Shown here piece by piece: positions 19,856 to 28,388 of a stretch of DNA of 64,000 bases. The position numbers were made by a program, and so were the translations under genes. Under the pieces are notes generated by a model, which ran no database searches, was not told where the DNA came from, and was given only the letters and a program-made list of their open reading frames with translations. Position 1 is the first letter of the stretch. The number at the start of each line of letters is the position of its first letter. Source of the DNA: Polyangiales bacterium (GTDB taxonomy: Bacteria > Myxococcota_A > Polyangia > Polyangiales > Polyangiaceae); the NCBI GenBank assembly GCA_038231275.1, contig JBBRLQ010000006.1, positions 160,001 through 224,000 on the forward strand, read 5' to 3'.

Positions 19856-20890
19856 ATGCCCACCAAAGCCTACGCCGCGCAAAACGCCACGTCCCCGGTC
19901 GCCCCGTTCTCGATCGAGAGGAGGGAGCCGCGCGAGAAGGACGTCGTCATCGAGATCTCGCACTGCGGCGTCTGCCACTCGGATCTGCATCAGGTCAGAA
20001 ACGAATGGCAAAACTCGATCTACCCGATGGTGCCGGGCCACGAGATCGTCGGCAAGGTCACGCGCGTCGGCGCCAAAGTCACGAAGCTGGCCGTAGGCGA
20101 CACCGCCGGCGTCGGGTGCCTCATCGACTCGTGCGGCGAGTGCGCTTCCTGCAAAGCGGGGCTGGAGCAGTATTGCGCCGGCTTCGTCGGGACGTACAAC
20201 GCCTACGAGAAGGGCACGAAAGACATCGCGCAGGGCGGCTACTCCGAGCGCATCGTGGTCGACGAGGCGTTCGCGCTGAAGGTCTCCCCCAAGCTGGACC
20301 TCGCGCGCGTCGCGCCGCTGCTCTGCGCCGGGATCACGACGTACTCGCCGCTCCGCCACTGGAAGGTCGACAAGGGGCAGCGTGTCGGCGTCGTCGGGCT
20401 CGGTGGTCTCGGCCACATGGGCGTCAAGTTCGCGCGCGCGTTCGGCGCCGAGGTCGTCGTCTTCACGACGTCGCCGAGCGACGCGCTCACTCTCGGCGCG
20501 CACGAGGTGGTCATCTCCAAAGACACCGCCGCGATGACCGCGCAGGCCGGCCGCTTCGACGACGTGCTCGACACGGTGTCGGCGCCGCACGACTACAACG
20601 CGCTCGTCAGCCTCCTGAAGCGTGATGGCGCGCTTACGCTCGTCGGCGCGCCCCCGACGCCGGCGCAGATCTTCGGCTTCGGCCTCATCATGCAGCGACG
20701 CAGCGTCGCCGGCTCGCTCATCGGCGGCATCGCCGAGACGCAGGAAATGCTCGATTTCTGCGCCAAGCACGAGATCATGAGCGACGTCGAGGTCATCCCC
20801 GTGACGAAGGTGAACGAGTCCTACGAGCGCATGCTCAAGGGCGACGTGAAGTACCGCTTCGTCATCGACATCGCCACGCTCCGCGCGTGA
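19856..20890 (+). CDS. Zn-dependent NADP alcohol/aldehyde dehydrogenase (cinnamyl ADH/YahK-like)
   Basis: CGVCHSD, PGHEIVG, CGECASC..G.EQYC, GLGGLG, DVKYRFVID. Confidence 0.95.
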   Translation: MPTKAYAAQNATSPVAPFSIERREPREKDVVIEISHCGVCHSDLHQVRNEWQNSIYPMVPGHEIVGKVTRVGAKVTKLAVGDTAGVGCLIDSCGECASCKAGLEQYCAGFVGTYNAYEKGTKDIAQGGYSERIVVDEAFALKVSPKLDLARVAPLLCAGITTYSPLRHWKVDKGQRVGVVGLGGLGHMGVKFARAFGAEVVVFTTSPSDALTLGAHEVVISKDTAAMTAQAGRFDDVLDTVSAPHDYNALVSLLKRDGALTLVGAPPTPAQIFGFGLIMQRRSVAGSLIGGIAETQEMLDFCAKHEIMSDVEVIPVTKVNESYERMLKGDVKYRFVIDIATLRA

Positions 20891-20914
20891 CGGCCGCGGC
20901 GCCGGCGCCGGCTA

Positions 20915-22399
20915 CTACTGCAAATTCGCGTTCGCGATGATGCTCGCGGCCGGCGGCGGCGACGGGAGCACCGGGGCCGGCGACGGGGAGGCCGGGACCG
21001 GCGGCGGCACGGTCGTCGGCGCGAGCCCGTTCTCGCCGCGCCACGCGCCGTACGCGCGGATGAGGTCGGCCGCGAACGTGTTCGCGAGGAACGCATAGCC
21101 GTCGCGCGTGAGGTGGACGTGATCCTTCGTGGCGCGCGAGCTGGGCTCGTTGGCCCACGCGGCGATCGAGCCCTCGCCACCCATCGCGGCGAATTGGTTG
21201 TAGTATGCACACCCGGCCGCCCGGGCGACGCGCTGCTGGGTCTCGATGACCTCGACGAGCTTGGGCATGGTCGCCCATCCGTGATCGGTCGTGCGCGTCG
21301 CGCGATCGGGCGGGCCCATCAAGAGGCACGCGGCGGTGGGGACGGCGCGGGCGATGCGGCCGAGGAGATCGACGAGCTGGCGTTCGTACGTGGCGGGCGA
21401 CGTGTCGTCCCCGGCCTCGTTGGTGCCGTACGCGAGGACGACGAGATCGGGCGCGCGGTGGCGGAGCTGCTCGCTGAGGTGCGCCTCGTTCCACTGGAGC
21501 GCCGTCGTCACGCGCGCGCCGTTGATGCCGAGCGCGTCGAGGGTGAGCCCGACCTGAGGGCGATCGAGCAGCATGCCGAAGATGCGCACGTCGCCGTCGC
21601 CCACCGCGCGGACCTCCACGTGGTGCGGCGCGTCGGCGACGTCGAAGGACTGGAACGCCGAGCCGACGGTGGCCGCGCTGGTCCCGACGCGCCCGACCTT
21701 GGCGCCGTCGACGAACACGTCGAACGATCCGCCGCGCGGCTGCTGGAGGAACGAGAGCTCGATCTTCGGCGCCTTGGTCGTGAGCTCCGCCCAGGCGCGC
21801 GCGCCGTGCTGGCTGGTCGCGATGGATGCGCCGCCGAGGCCGTAGAGACCGTCACCAACGAATTTTCCCTTCACGTAGCGACCGCGCTCGCTCGGGAAAT
21901 CTTTGGTGCTGCCGACGCGGAGCCCCTCCTGCACGTAGTGCGGGTAGACGTGGCCGATGCCGACGAAGCCGCGGCCACCGTCGCCGAAGCGGGCCTGGAG
22001 CGCGCGCCGGATCGGGCCGGTCTCGTAGTCGGCAGCGGTGTGCGAGTCGCCAAACTGGAGGATGCGAACGTCGTCGTGGGCGCGACCTTCCTCGACGCGG
22101 GCCAGCGACTCGAAGAAACGCTTCAGCGCCGGGTACCCCTCGAGCGAGCCGACGGTGCCGGGGACGCGCGGCTGGCCAATCGTCACGAGCGGCGCTGCGG
22201 CAGGCGCGGCCGGTGCGACCGGTACGACCTGAGGCGTCACATCGGTTCCATCGGCGACCGTGGGCGATGCCGGACGGTAAATCCGCGGCGACGTGGCCAC
22301 GTCCTCGCTCTGCGGCGGAGGGCCCGCGCGGTACGGCGCCGCGTCCGCGCACGCGGAGACGGCGACGAGGAGCGTGGTGGCGAGGAAGGGACTACGCAC
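20915..22399 (-). CDS. SGNH/GDSL lipoprotein (Ape1/PatB-like)
   Basis: Lipobox VSAC; FGDSHT, GINGA, AYGTNE, DHVHLT. Confidence 0.85.
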   Translation of the reverse strand: MRSPFLATTLLVAVSACADAAPYRAGPPPQSEDVATSPRIYRPASPTVADGTDVTPQVVPVAPAAPAAAPLVTIGQPRVPGTVGSLEGYPALKRFFESLARVEEGRAHDDVRILQFGDSHTAADYETGPIRRALQARFGDGGRGFVGIGHVYPHYVQEGLRVGSTKDFPSERGRYVKGKFVGDGLYGLGGASIATSQHGARAWAELTTKAPKIELSFLQQPRGGSFDVFVDGAKVGRVGTSAATVGSAFQSFDVADAPHHVEVRAVGDGDVRIFGMLLDRPQVGLTLDALGINGARVTTALQWNEAHLSEQLRHRAPDLVVLAYGTNEAGDDTSPATYERQLVDLLGRIARAVPTAACLLMGPPDRATRTTDHGWATMPKLVEVIETQQRVARAAGCAYYNQFAAMGGEGSIAAWANEPSSRATKDHVHLTRDGYAFLANTFAADLIRAYGAWRGENGLAPTTVPPPVPASPSPAPVLPSPPPAASIIANANLQ

Positions 22400-22526
22400 G
22401 GCGAGTGTAAATCGTGACAGAAACCGGAGTTCGGCGGAAGTTTTCCGCCGGATTTGCCGCCGGCGCAAGCCCGAACGGGCGGGCGCCCCGTCCGCCGTGC
22501 CTCGGGAGGTGATATGTCTCGGCGCG

Positions 22527-22976
22527 ATGTGGGAGGGCGCGAAAGCCACGTTCGCCGTCGCCTGGGTGACCCTCCAGGCCGTCCTCGTCGCCGGGTCCGG
22601 GCAGCGCCCCGACGGAGCCTTCGGCTTCCGCATGTTCAGCGAGTCGTCGACGATCGAGGTCCACCTGTTCCGCGATACCGCAGACGGCGCGCGCGTGGAG
22701 GTCGAGGGCGGCGAGTGGGTCGCCAAAGATCGCGACGGGATCCCGCGCCGCATCTCCTGGGGCGCGCACGTGAAAGAGCCGAACCTCACGGTCTTCGGCG
22801 TCACGATGCACGCCGCGTACGGAGCCGCCGCGCAGACGCAGCGCTGGTCGGCGGCGCTCGAGTACGTGGCCCGCCACATCCCCGACGACGCCGAGACGCG
22901 CGCCCTCGCGCTCGAGCTGTGCGTCCGCCGCAACGGCCGACCCAAGACCGTCACGCACGTTCAGGTCCGGCGGTAG
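22527..22976 (+). CDS. Small membrane-anchored partner of the HTTM protein (SdpA-like or VKGC C-terminal-like)
   Basis: One TM helix then FGFRMF motif; 4 bp before the HTTM gene. Confidence 0.6.
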   Translation: MWEGAKATFAVAWVTLQAVLVAGSGQRPDGAFGFRMFSESSTIEVHLFRDTADGARVEVEGGEWVAKDRDGIPRRISWGAHVKEPNLTVFGVTMHAAYGAAAQTQRWSAALEYVARHIPDDAETRALALELCVRRNGRPKTVTHVQVRR

Positions 22977-22980
22977 CGCG

Positions 22981-24081
22981 GTGCCCGAGCTCTTCCGGCG
23001 GTGGGCCAACGAGGTCGGCGACGCGTTCACCCTCGGCCTGGTTCGTTCGATCATGGGCGGCTTCCTCTTCTTGCAGGCGCTGTCGGCCGCCGGCGATCTG
23101 GCGCGCGTCGGCTACTTTGGCGACCACTTCCACCTGCCGTTCATTCCCGAGCGCTTCGTGGCGTCGCACGACGCGTACGTGGTGATCCTCGCGGTGCGCA
23201 TCCTCCTCGCGGTGATGGTGACGGTCGGCCACCGCGCCCGGCTGGCCCTCTTGGGGAGCGCCGCGCTCGGCGTCTACACGCTCCTCTGCAACCGCGTGGA
23301 GTTCCACCACAACCGCTACTCGCTCTACTGCTACGCGTTCTTGATCGCCCTCGGCCCGTGCGATCGCGCAATCGCGATCACGCGCGACGAGTCGCCCTCG
23401 CACGGCGCGCCGATGTGGGCGCAGCGCCTCGCGCAGCTCCAGGTGTCGATCGTGTACCTGGCCTCCGGCGCGTCCAAGCTGCTCGATCCCGACTGGCGCG
23501 ACGGCCTCGTCCTCTCCGATCGCTTCGCGCGCTACGCGTACCAGGCGCTCGAGAAGGGCGTGCCGCAGTCGGTGGTGGACGCGTTCGGCACGCCAGCGGC
23601 GACGAGCGCGCTCGCGAAGGCGGCGATCGCGACCGAGCTGTTCTTGGCGATCGGGCTCCTCGACAAGCGAACGCGCGTCTTCGCGCTGTGGTGGGGCACG
23701 ATGTTTCACCTGACGATCGAGGCGACGAGCAAGGTCGAGATCTTCACGTGGCTGACGCTCACGATGTACGCCCTCTTCGCGACGCCGGACGTGCGGGCGC
23801 GAAAGCTCTTCTTCGATCCGTCGCGCGCGCGTGGACGGACGATCGCGCGCACCGTGCGGCTGCTCGACTGGCTCGCCCGGTTCGACGTAAAGGCGTGGAC
23901 GCCCGACGATCTGAAGCAGGGGCACTCGATCGTCGTCGTCCGCCGCGACGGGACGCGCGCGACGGGCATCCGCGCGCTCGCCATGTGTGCCCGCACGCTC
24001 CCGCTACTGTTTCCGCTCTGGGCGCCGCTCGCGTTCGTAGCGAGCTTCACGAAGGGCGGCGACGCGAGCGCGCAAGCGTGA
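22981..24081 (+). CDS. HTTM-domain (vitamin K-dependent carboxylase/SdpB-like) membrane protein with degenerate DCC domain
   Basis: FHHNRY, QLQVSIVYLASGASKLLDPDWRDG, TMFHLTI...IFTWL; C-terminal FFDPS...LLDW...DG.RATG..A. Confidence 0.8.
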   Translation: MPELFRRWANEVGDAFTLGLVRSIMGGFLFLQALSAAGDLARVGYFGDHFHLPFIPERFVASHDAYVVILAVRILLAVMVTVGHRARLALLGSAALGVYTLLCNRVEFHHNRYSLYCYAFLIALGPCDRAIAITRDESPSHGAPMWAQRLAQLQVSIVYLASGASKLLDPDWRDGLVLSDRFARYAYQALEKGVPQSVVDAFGTPAATSALAKAAIATELFLAIGLLDKRTRVFALWWGTMFHLTIEATSKVEIFTWLTLTMYALFATPDVRARKLFFDPSRARGRTIARTVRLLDWLARFDVKAWTPDDLKQGHSIVVVRRDGTRATGIRALAMCARTLPLLFPLWAPLAFVASFTKGGDASAQA

Positions 24082-24105
24082 CGCGAAGGGAGTAGAGTTC
24101 TCGGG

Positions 24106-24789
24106 ATGCGGGCGCTCCTGGTCGAGGACGATCGAAGGGTCGCGGAGGTCGTGAAGGCCGCCCTTGGCCGCGAAGGTCACTCGCTCGTGACGGCCACGTC
24201 GTGCGCGCAAGCGGAGGAGGCGCTCGACGGCAACTCGTTCGCCGTGGCGATCCTCGACGTCGGGCTCCCCGACGGATCCGGGCTGGATCTGTGCAGAGCC
24301 ATCCGCGCGCGTGGCCTCGATCTGCCGATCCTCCTTCTCACGGCGCGCAACGGCGTGGAGGACCGCGTAGGCGGGCTCGACGCAGGCGCCGACGACTATC
24401 TCGGAAAGCCCTTCGCGCCGGCGGAGCTCGCCGCGCGTGTGAGAGCCCTCGGGCGTCGCGGTCCGCGCTGGAGCGAGTCGTCGCGCGCGTACGGCGCGAT
24501 CGTCATCGATCGCGATCGCCGAACGGTCACGCGGGACGGCGCTCGGGTGCCGCTCACGCCGCGCGAGCTCGACGTCGTCGTGACGCTCGCGTGGCGCGAC
24601 GGTCGAGTGGTCGCGCGCGACGAGCTGCTCGAGATCGTGTGGGGCGAGATCACCGAAGGGGCCGCGGGGAGCCTCGAGGTCGTCGTCGCCCGCGCGCGAC
24701 GAAAGCTCCAGACGTCAGAGGGCAGCTGCATCCGAACCATCCGAGGGACCGGCTACGCATGGGGGCTATCCGTCTCGAAGCCAGGCTAA
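24106..24789 (+). CDS. OmpR-family response regulator
   Basis: LLVEDD, ILDVGLPDGSG, LLTAR, GADDYLGKPF, IRTIRGTGY. Confidence 0.95.
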   Translation: MRALLVEDDRRVAEVVKAALGREGHSLVTATSCAQAEEALDGNSFAVAILDVGLPDGSGLDLCRAIRARGLDLPILLLTARNGVEDRVGGLDAGADDYLGKPFAPAELAARVRALGRRGPRWSESSRAYGAIVIDRDRRTVTRDGARVPLTPRELDVVVTLAWRDGRVVARDELLEIVWGEITEGAAGSLEVVVARARRKLQTSEGSCIRTIRGTGYAWGLSVSKPG

Positions 24790-26078
24790 GGACGCGCCTC
24801 GCGATCGTGCTCGTCCCGCTGCTCACGGCGGTCGGTGTCGCGGCGGTGGCGGTGACCGCGCACGCGCTCGACGCGGCGGACGACACGCGCGCGCGCTCGG
24901 TGGCGTACGCGGTGGCGCTGACCGTGCGGGCAGAGCTCGCCGAGGGAGATTCGTTCGCCGACGCGGCGCACGAGAGCGTCGCACCGTACGACGCGCGCGA
25001 CGTCCAGATTTTCGTGGGAGTGAAGGGCCCTGCGACGGGGCTCCCCACGGAGCTCGCGGGCGTGACGTCGGACCGCTGCGACGCGCTTTCGCGCGGCGGG
25101 GTTCCGTGGCGCGCGTGCGCGGCGAGGTTAGACGACCTCCACGTGACGGTGGCCGTGCGCACCGAGGCACATCGCGCCGTCGTGCGTACGCTTGCCCAGT
25201 GGATGCTCGCCGTCCTCGCGCTCGCGCTGCTCGGAACGTTCGTCGCGCTGCGCTTCTCGCTCCGTTCGCCGCTCCGCTCGCTGGTGCGTCTCGCAGAGTG
25301 GGCGGACGGCGCGGCGGCGACCGAGCTCGCGTCACCGCCGACCGGAGGCACGGTCGAGATCGATATCTTGTCCGCCGCGTTCGATCGCCTGGTGAAACAA
25401 CTGCTCGACGTCCTCTCGCGCGAGCGCGCGAACAGCGCGCACATCGCCCACGAACTGCGGACGCCACTCACGGCGATCACCGCAGAGCTCGCGGCGATGC
25501 CCTCCACCGGTGCCGATGCCGTCGCACGCGTTCGCTCCGACGCCGCGCGTCTCACGCGGGTCATCGACGCCATCCTCCTCCTCTCTGGACCGCCGCAGTC
25601 GAAGCGCGGCGACAGCGTGGTCAACGTCGCCGACGTCGCGCGGAAACTCGCCCCCCCGGGCGCGGCGCTCACGGCGCCCGACGAGGCGCTCGTGGAGGCC
25701 GATCCCCACCTCGTCGAGCTCGCGATCGTGAACCTCCTAGAGAACGCAACGAAGTACGCCGCGGCGGGCGCGCGCGCGGTGAAGGTGACGCGCGAGGCCG
25801 ACCTCGTGCGGGTGAGCGTGGTCGACGACGGCCCCGCCCCCGACGCCGCGGCGCGCGAGCAGATGTTCGATCGGTACTGGCGCGAGGCGGGCTCGGGCGC
25901 CGGAAGCGGCCTCGGCCTGGCGCTCGTTCGTGCCGTGGCGCGCAGGCACGGAGGCGAAGCGACCGCGCGCGACGCCGATCGCGCGCCGGGGCTCGACGTC
26001 GGCTTCACGATGGGCCCCCTCCTCGAGTGGCACGACGCGCCGCCGACGGATGAGGTCTCGTCGGCCGGCATCCGTTAA
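24759..26078 (+). CDS. Sensor histidine kinase
   Basis: 2 TM helices, HAMP, AHELRTPL, NLLENATKY, DDGP, GSGLGL. Confidence 0.92.
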   Translation: MGAIRLEARLRTRLAIVLVPLLTAVGVAAVAVTAHALDAADDTRARSVAYAVALTVRAELAEGDSFADAAHESVAPYDARDVQIFVGVKGPATGLPTELAGVTSDRCDALSRGGVPWRACAARLDDLHVTVAVRTEAHRAVVRTLAQWMLAVLALALLGTFVALRFSLRSPLRSLVRLAEWADGAAATELASPPTGGTVEIDILSAAFDRLVKQLLDVLSRERANSAHIAHELRTPLTAITAELAAMPSTGADAVARVRSDAARLTRVIDAILLLSGPPQSKRGDSVVNVADVARKLAPPGAALTAPDEALVEADPHLVELAIVNLLENATKYAAAGARAVKVTREADLVRVSVVDDGPAPDAAAREQMFDRYWREAGSGAGSGLGLALVRAVARRHGGEATARDADRAPGLDVGFTMGPLLEWHDAPPTDEVSSAGIR

Positions 26079-26106
26079 GCTGTCGTTCAGCTTCAACGCG
26101 TAACGT
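26074..26106 (+). promoter_or_regulatory. OmpR/PmrA-type direct repeat plus -10 element of the efflux operon
   Basis: GTTAAGCT / GTTCAGCT with 11-bp period, then TAACGT 6 nt before ATG 26113. Confidence 0.5.
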
Positions 26107-26112
26107 AGGGCG

Positions 26113-27321
26113 ATGATCCACGGTCGTGGCGGTCTCGCAGGGGCCATGTTGCTCTTCGTCGCGATGCGCGCATCGGCGCAGGAGGTCACGTCGATCTCGT
26201 ACGACGAGGCGCTCGCGCGGGCACGCACGCACGCGCCCGATTTGGCAGCGGCGCGCGCGAGAGAGCAGGTCGCGAAGGCGGACGTGGGCGTGGCGGGCCT
26301 GCCTCCCAACCCGACCGCCCTCGCCGGGACCTCGACGCAAGCGGCGCGCCTCAGCGCCGGCGTGTCGATCCCGATGCTCATCCTGGGGCAGCGCGGGGCC
26401 GCCGCCGACGCGGCGCGTGCGGAGCTGGTGACGGTGCAGGTGGAGACGCAAGGCACGTGGAACGAGATCCGAACGGCGACCGCGCGCGCGTACGTCGCGT
26501 TGTGGCTCGCCGAGAGCGTGGCCGCGACGCGCGGCGAGGGAGCGAAGCTGGTGAAGAAGCTCGAAGACGCCGTCAACGGCAGGATCGACGTGGGCTCCGC
26601 GCCGCAGGTCGAAGGTCTTCGCGTCAAGGTCGAGCGGCTGCGCGCGGACGCTGACGCACGCGACGCCGTCGCTCAGGTGGCGAGCGCAGCGAGCGAGCTC
26701 GGACGATGGATCGGGGGGGCGTCGTACGATCTGCGCGCCGCCGGTGAGCCGCGTGTCCCCTCGGAGGTCCCTCCGCTCGCGAGCCTCATGGGCCGCGTCG
26801 ACGCGAACCCCGCGGTGCGCCGCGAGGACGCCGACGCGCGCGCTGCCGCCGCCAGAGCCGACCGTGAGCGCGCGCTCGTTCGTCCCTTGATGACGCTCGA
26901 CCTAGGCGTGGACGCGTTCGATCCGACGGTGCCCGCGACGTCGTACCGCGCGCAGCTCGGGGTGGAGGTCCCGTTGTGGCATCAGCGCGGCTACCAAATT
27001 GAGCGGGAAATCATGGCCGGGAACGCCGCGCGCGCACGCAAGCGCGCGGAGCAGGCCCATGTCGCGTCGACGCTGCTCGTCGCGTACCGGACGCTCGAGG
27101 CCACGAGCTCGCGCGTGCAGGCGCTCGCCGACGGCGTGATCCCCGCCGCGGAGGCTGCCGCGAACGCCACGGAGGAGTCGTACGCGCTCGGTCACGCGCC
27201 GCTCATCACGGTCCTCGACGCCGAACGGGCGCGCCTCGACACACGCCTCTCGCTCCTCGAGGCCCGCGCCGCGAAGGCGTTGTCGTGGATCGACGTCGAG
27301 CACTCCGTGGGGGCGCCGTGA
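26113..27321 (+). CDS. TolC/CzcC-family outer membrane efflux protein
   Basis: Signal peptide; PPNP, VEVPLW, YALGHAPLITVLDAER; first gene of the OMF-MFP-RND trio. Confidence 0.88.
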   Translation: MIHGRGGLAGAMLLFVAMRASAQEVTSISYDEALARARTHAPDLAAARAREQVAKADVGVAGLPPNPTALAGTSTQAARLSAGVSIPMLILGQRGAAADAARAELVTVQVETQGTWNEIRTATARAYVALWLAESVAATRGEGAKLVKKLEDAVNGRIDVGSAPQVEGLRVKVERLRADADARDAVAQVASAASELGRWIGGASYDLRAAGEPRVPSEVPPLASLMGRVDANPAVRREDADARAAAARADRERALVRPLMTLDLGVDAFDPTVPATSYRAQLGVEVPLWHQRGYQIEREIMAGNAARARKRAEQAHVASTLLVAYRTLEATSSRVQALADGVIPAAEAAANATEESYALGHAPLITVLDAERARLDTRLSLLEARAAKALSWIDVEHSVGAP

Positions 27322-28388
27322 AGCGCGTCATCCTCGTCGTCGCCGCCGCCATCGCCATCGGCGCATGCAAGCACGCCGCGCCCGTCGAAGAAGAAGCGCC
27401 CAAGGTCACGGTCCACTGCGTGGTTGCACACCCCCAGGCGCTGGACGAGACGGTCGCCTTGCGGGGTCGCCTCGAGCCTCCGCCCGGCGGAGACCTGCCG
27501 GTCGCGTCGACGGTCCCCGGCCGACTCGTGCAGGTCGCCGTGAAGGAAGGTCAGCGCATCGCGAAGGGTGACTTGGTCGCGAGCGTCGACGATCTGCCGT
27601 CGCGCGACGCGCTCCGTCAGTCCGAGGCCGCGGTCCTGCAGGCGCAGGCCGCGGAGGCGAACGCGACGACGACGCTCGAGCGCGCGAAACAGCTCGTCGC
27701 CCGCGGGATCGCCGCGAAACAGGAGCTCGACGACGCCGTCGCGCGTGCCGACACCGCGAAGGCCACCGTGTCGTCCGCGCAAGCCGCCGCGGATCTCTCC
27801 CGCCGCACGCTCGGTCGCGTGCAGATTCACTCGAGCTTCGACGGCGTCGTGACGAGGATCTGGCGCGGCTCGGGCGCCATCGTCGACGGAACCGCCGCGA
27901 CGCCCATCGTCCAGCTCGCCGCCACCGGTGGCGTCGAATTCGCCGCCGACGCGACCGATCGTGAGCTCGCCGCGATCGAAGAAGGCCAGGCCGCGCACGT
28001 AGAGCTCTCCCTCGGCGGCGACGCGATCGACGGCCGAGTGCGCGCGAGATCGACGGCGCTCGATCCGGCGACCGGGCTCGGCGTCGTCCGCATCACGCTC
28101 GAAAAATTGGGCACGTACCCGATGGGGACGTTCGGCCGCGTCGTCGTGACGACGAAGCACCGTGACGCCGTCGCCGTTTTGCCCACCGCCGCGCTCCGGG
28201 GAGCGGTGCTCGATGGCGCCGAGGTCGCGGTCTGCAAGGACGGCAAGGCCTCCCTCCGGCGCGTCAAGGTCGGCTACCGCAACGACACGCTCTTCGAGCC
28301 ACTCGAAGGGCTCGCCGCCGACGAGCGCGTCGCGGTGGATCACGTCCTGGGCCTCGACGACGGGACCGCGCTCGAGGAGGCCAAGTGA
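27318..28388 (+). CDS. RND periplasmic adaptor (MFP)
   Basis: Lipobox IGAC; VPGRL...VKEGQRIAKGD, IHSSFDGVV, LDPATG. Confidence 0.92.
   Translation: MKRVILVVAAAIAIGACKHAAPVEEEAPKVTVHCVVAHPQALDETVALRGRLEPPPGGDLPVASTVPGRLVQVAVKEGQRIAKGDLVASVDDLPSRDALRQSEAAVLQAQAAEANATTTLERAKQLVARGIAAKQELDDAVARADTAKATVSSAQAAADLSRRTLGRVQIHSSFDGVVTRIWRGSGAIVDGTAATPIVQLAATGGVEFAADATDRELAAIEEGQAAHVELSLGGDAIDGRVRARSTALDPATGLGVVRITLEKLGTYPMGTFGRVVVTTKHRDAVAVLPTAALRGAVLDGAEVAVCKDGKASLRRVKVGYRNDTLFEPLEGLAADERVAVDHVLGLDDGTALEEAK

Noticed and set aside
20455-20580. Apparent short in-frame deletion in the ADH (TTSPSDALTLG)
   Set aside because: Frame and catalytic motifs are intact; insufficient evidence for a pseudogene
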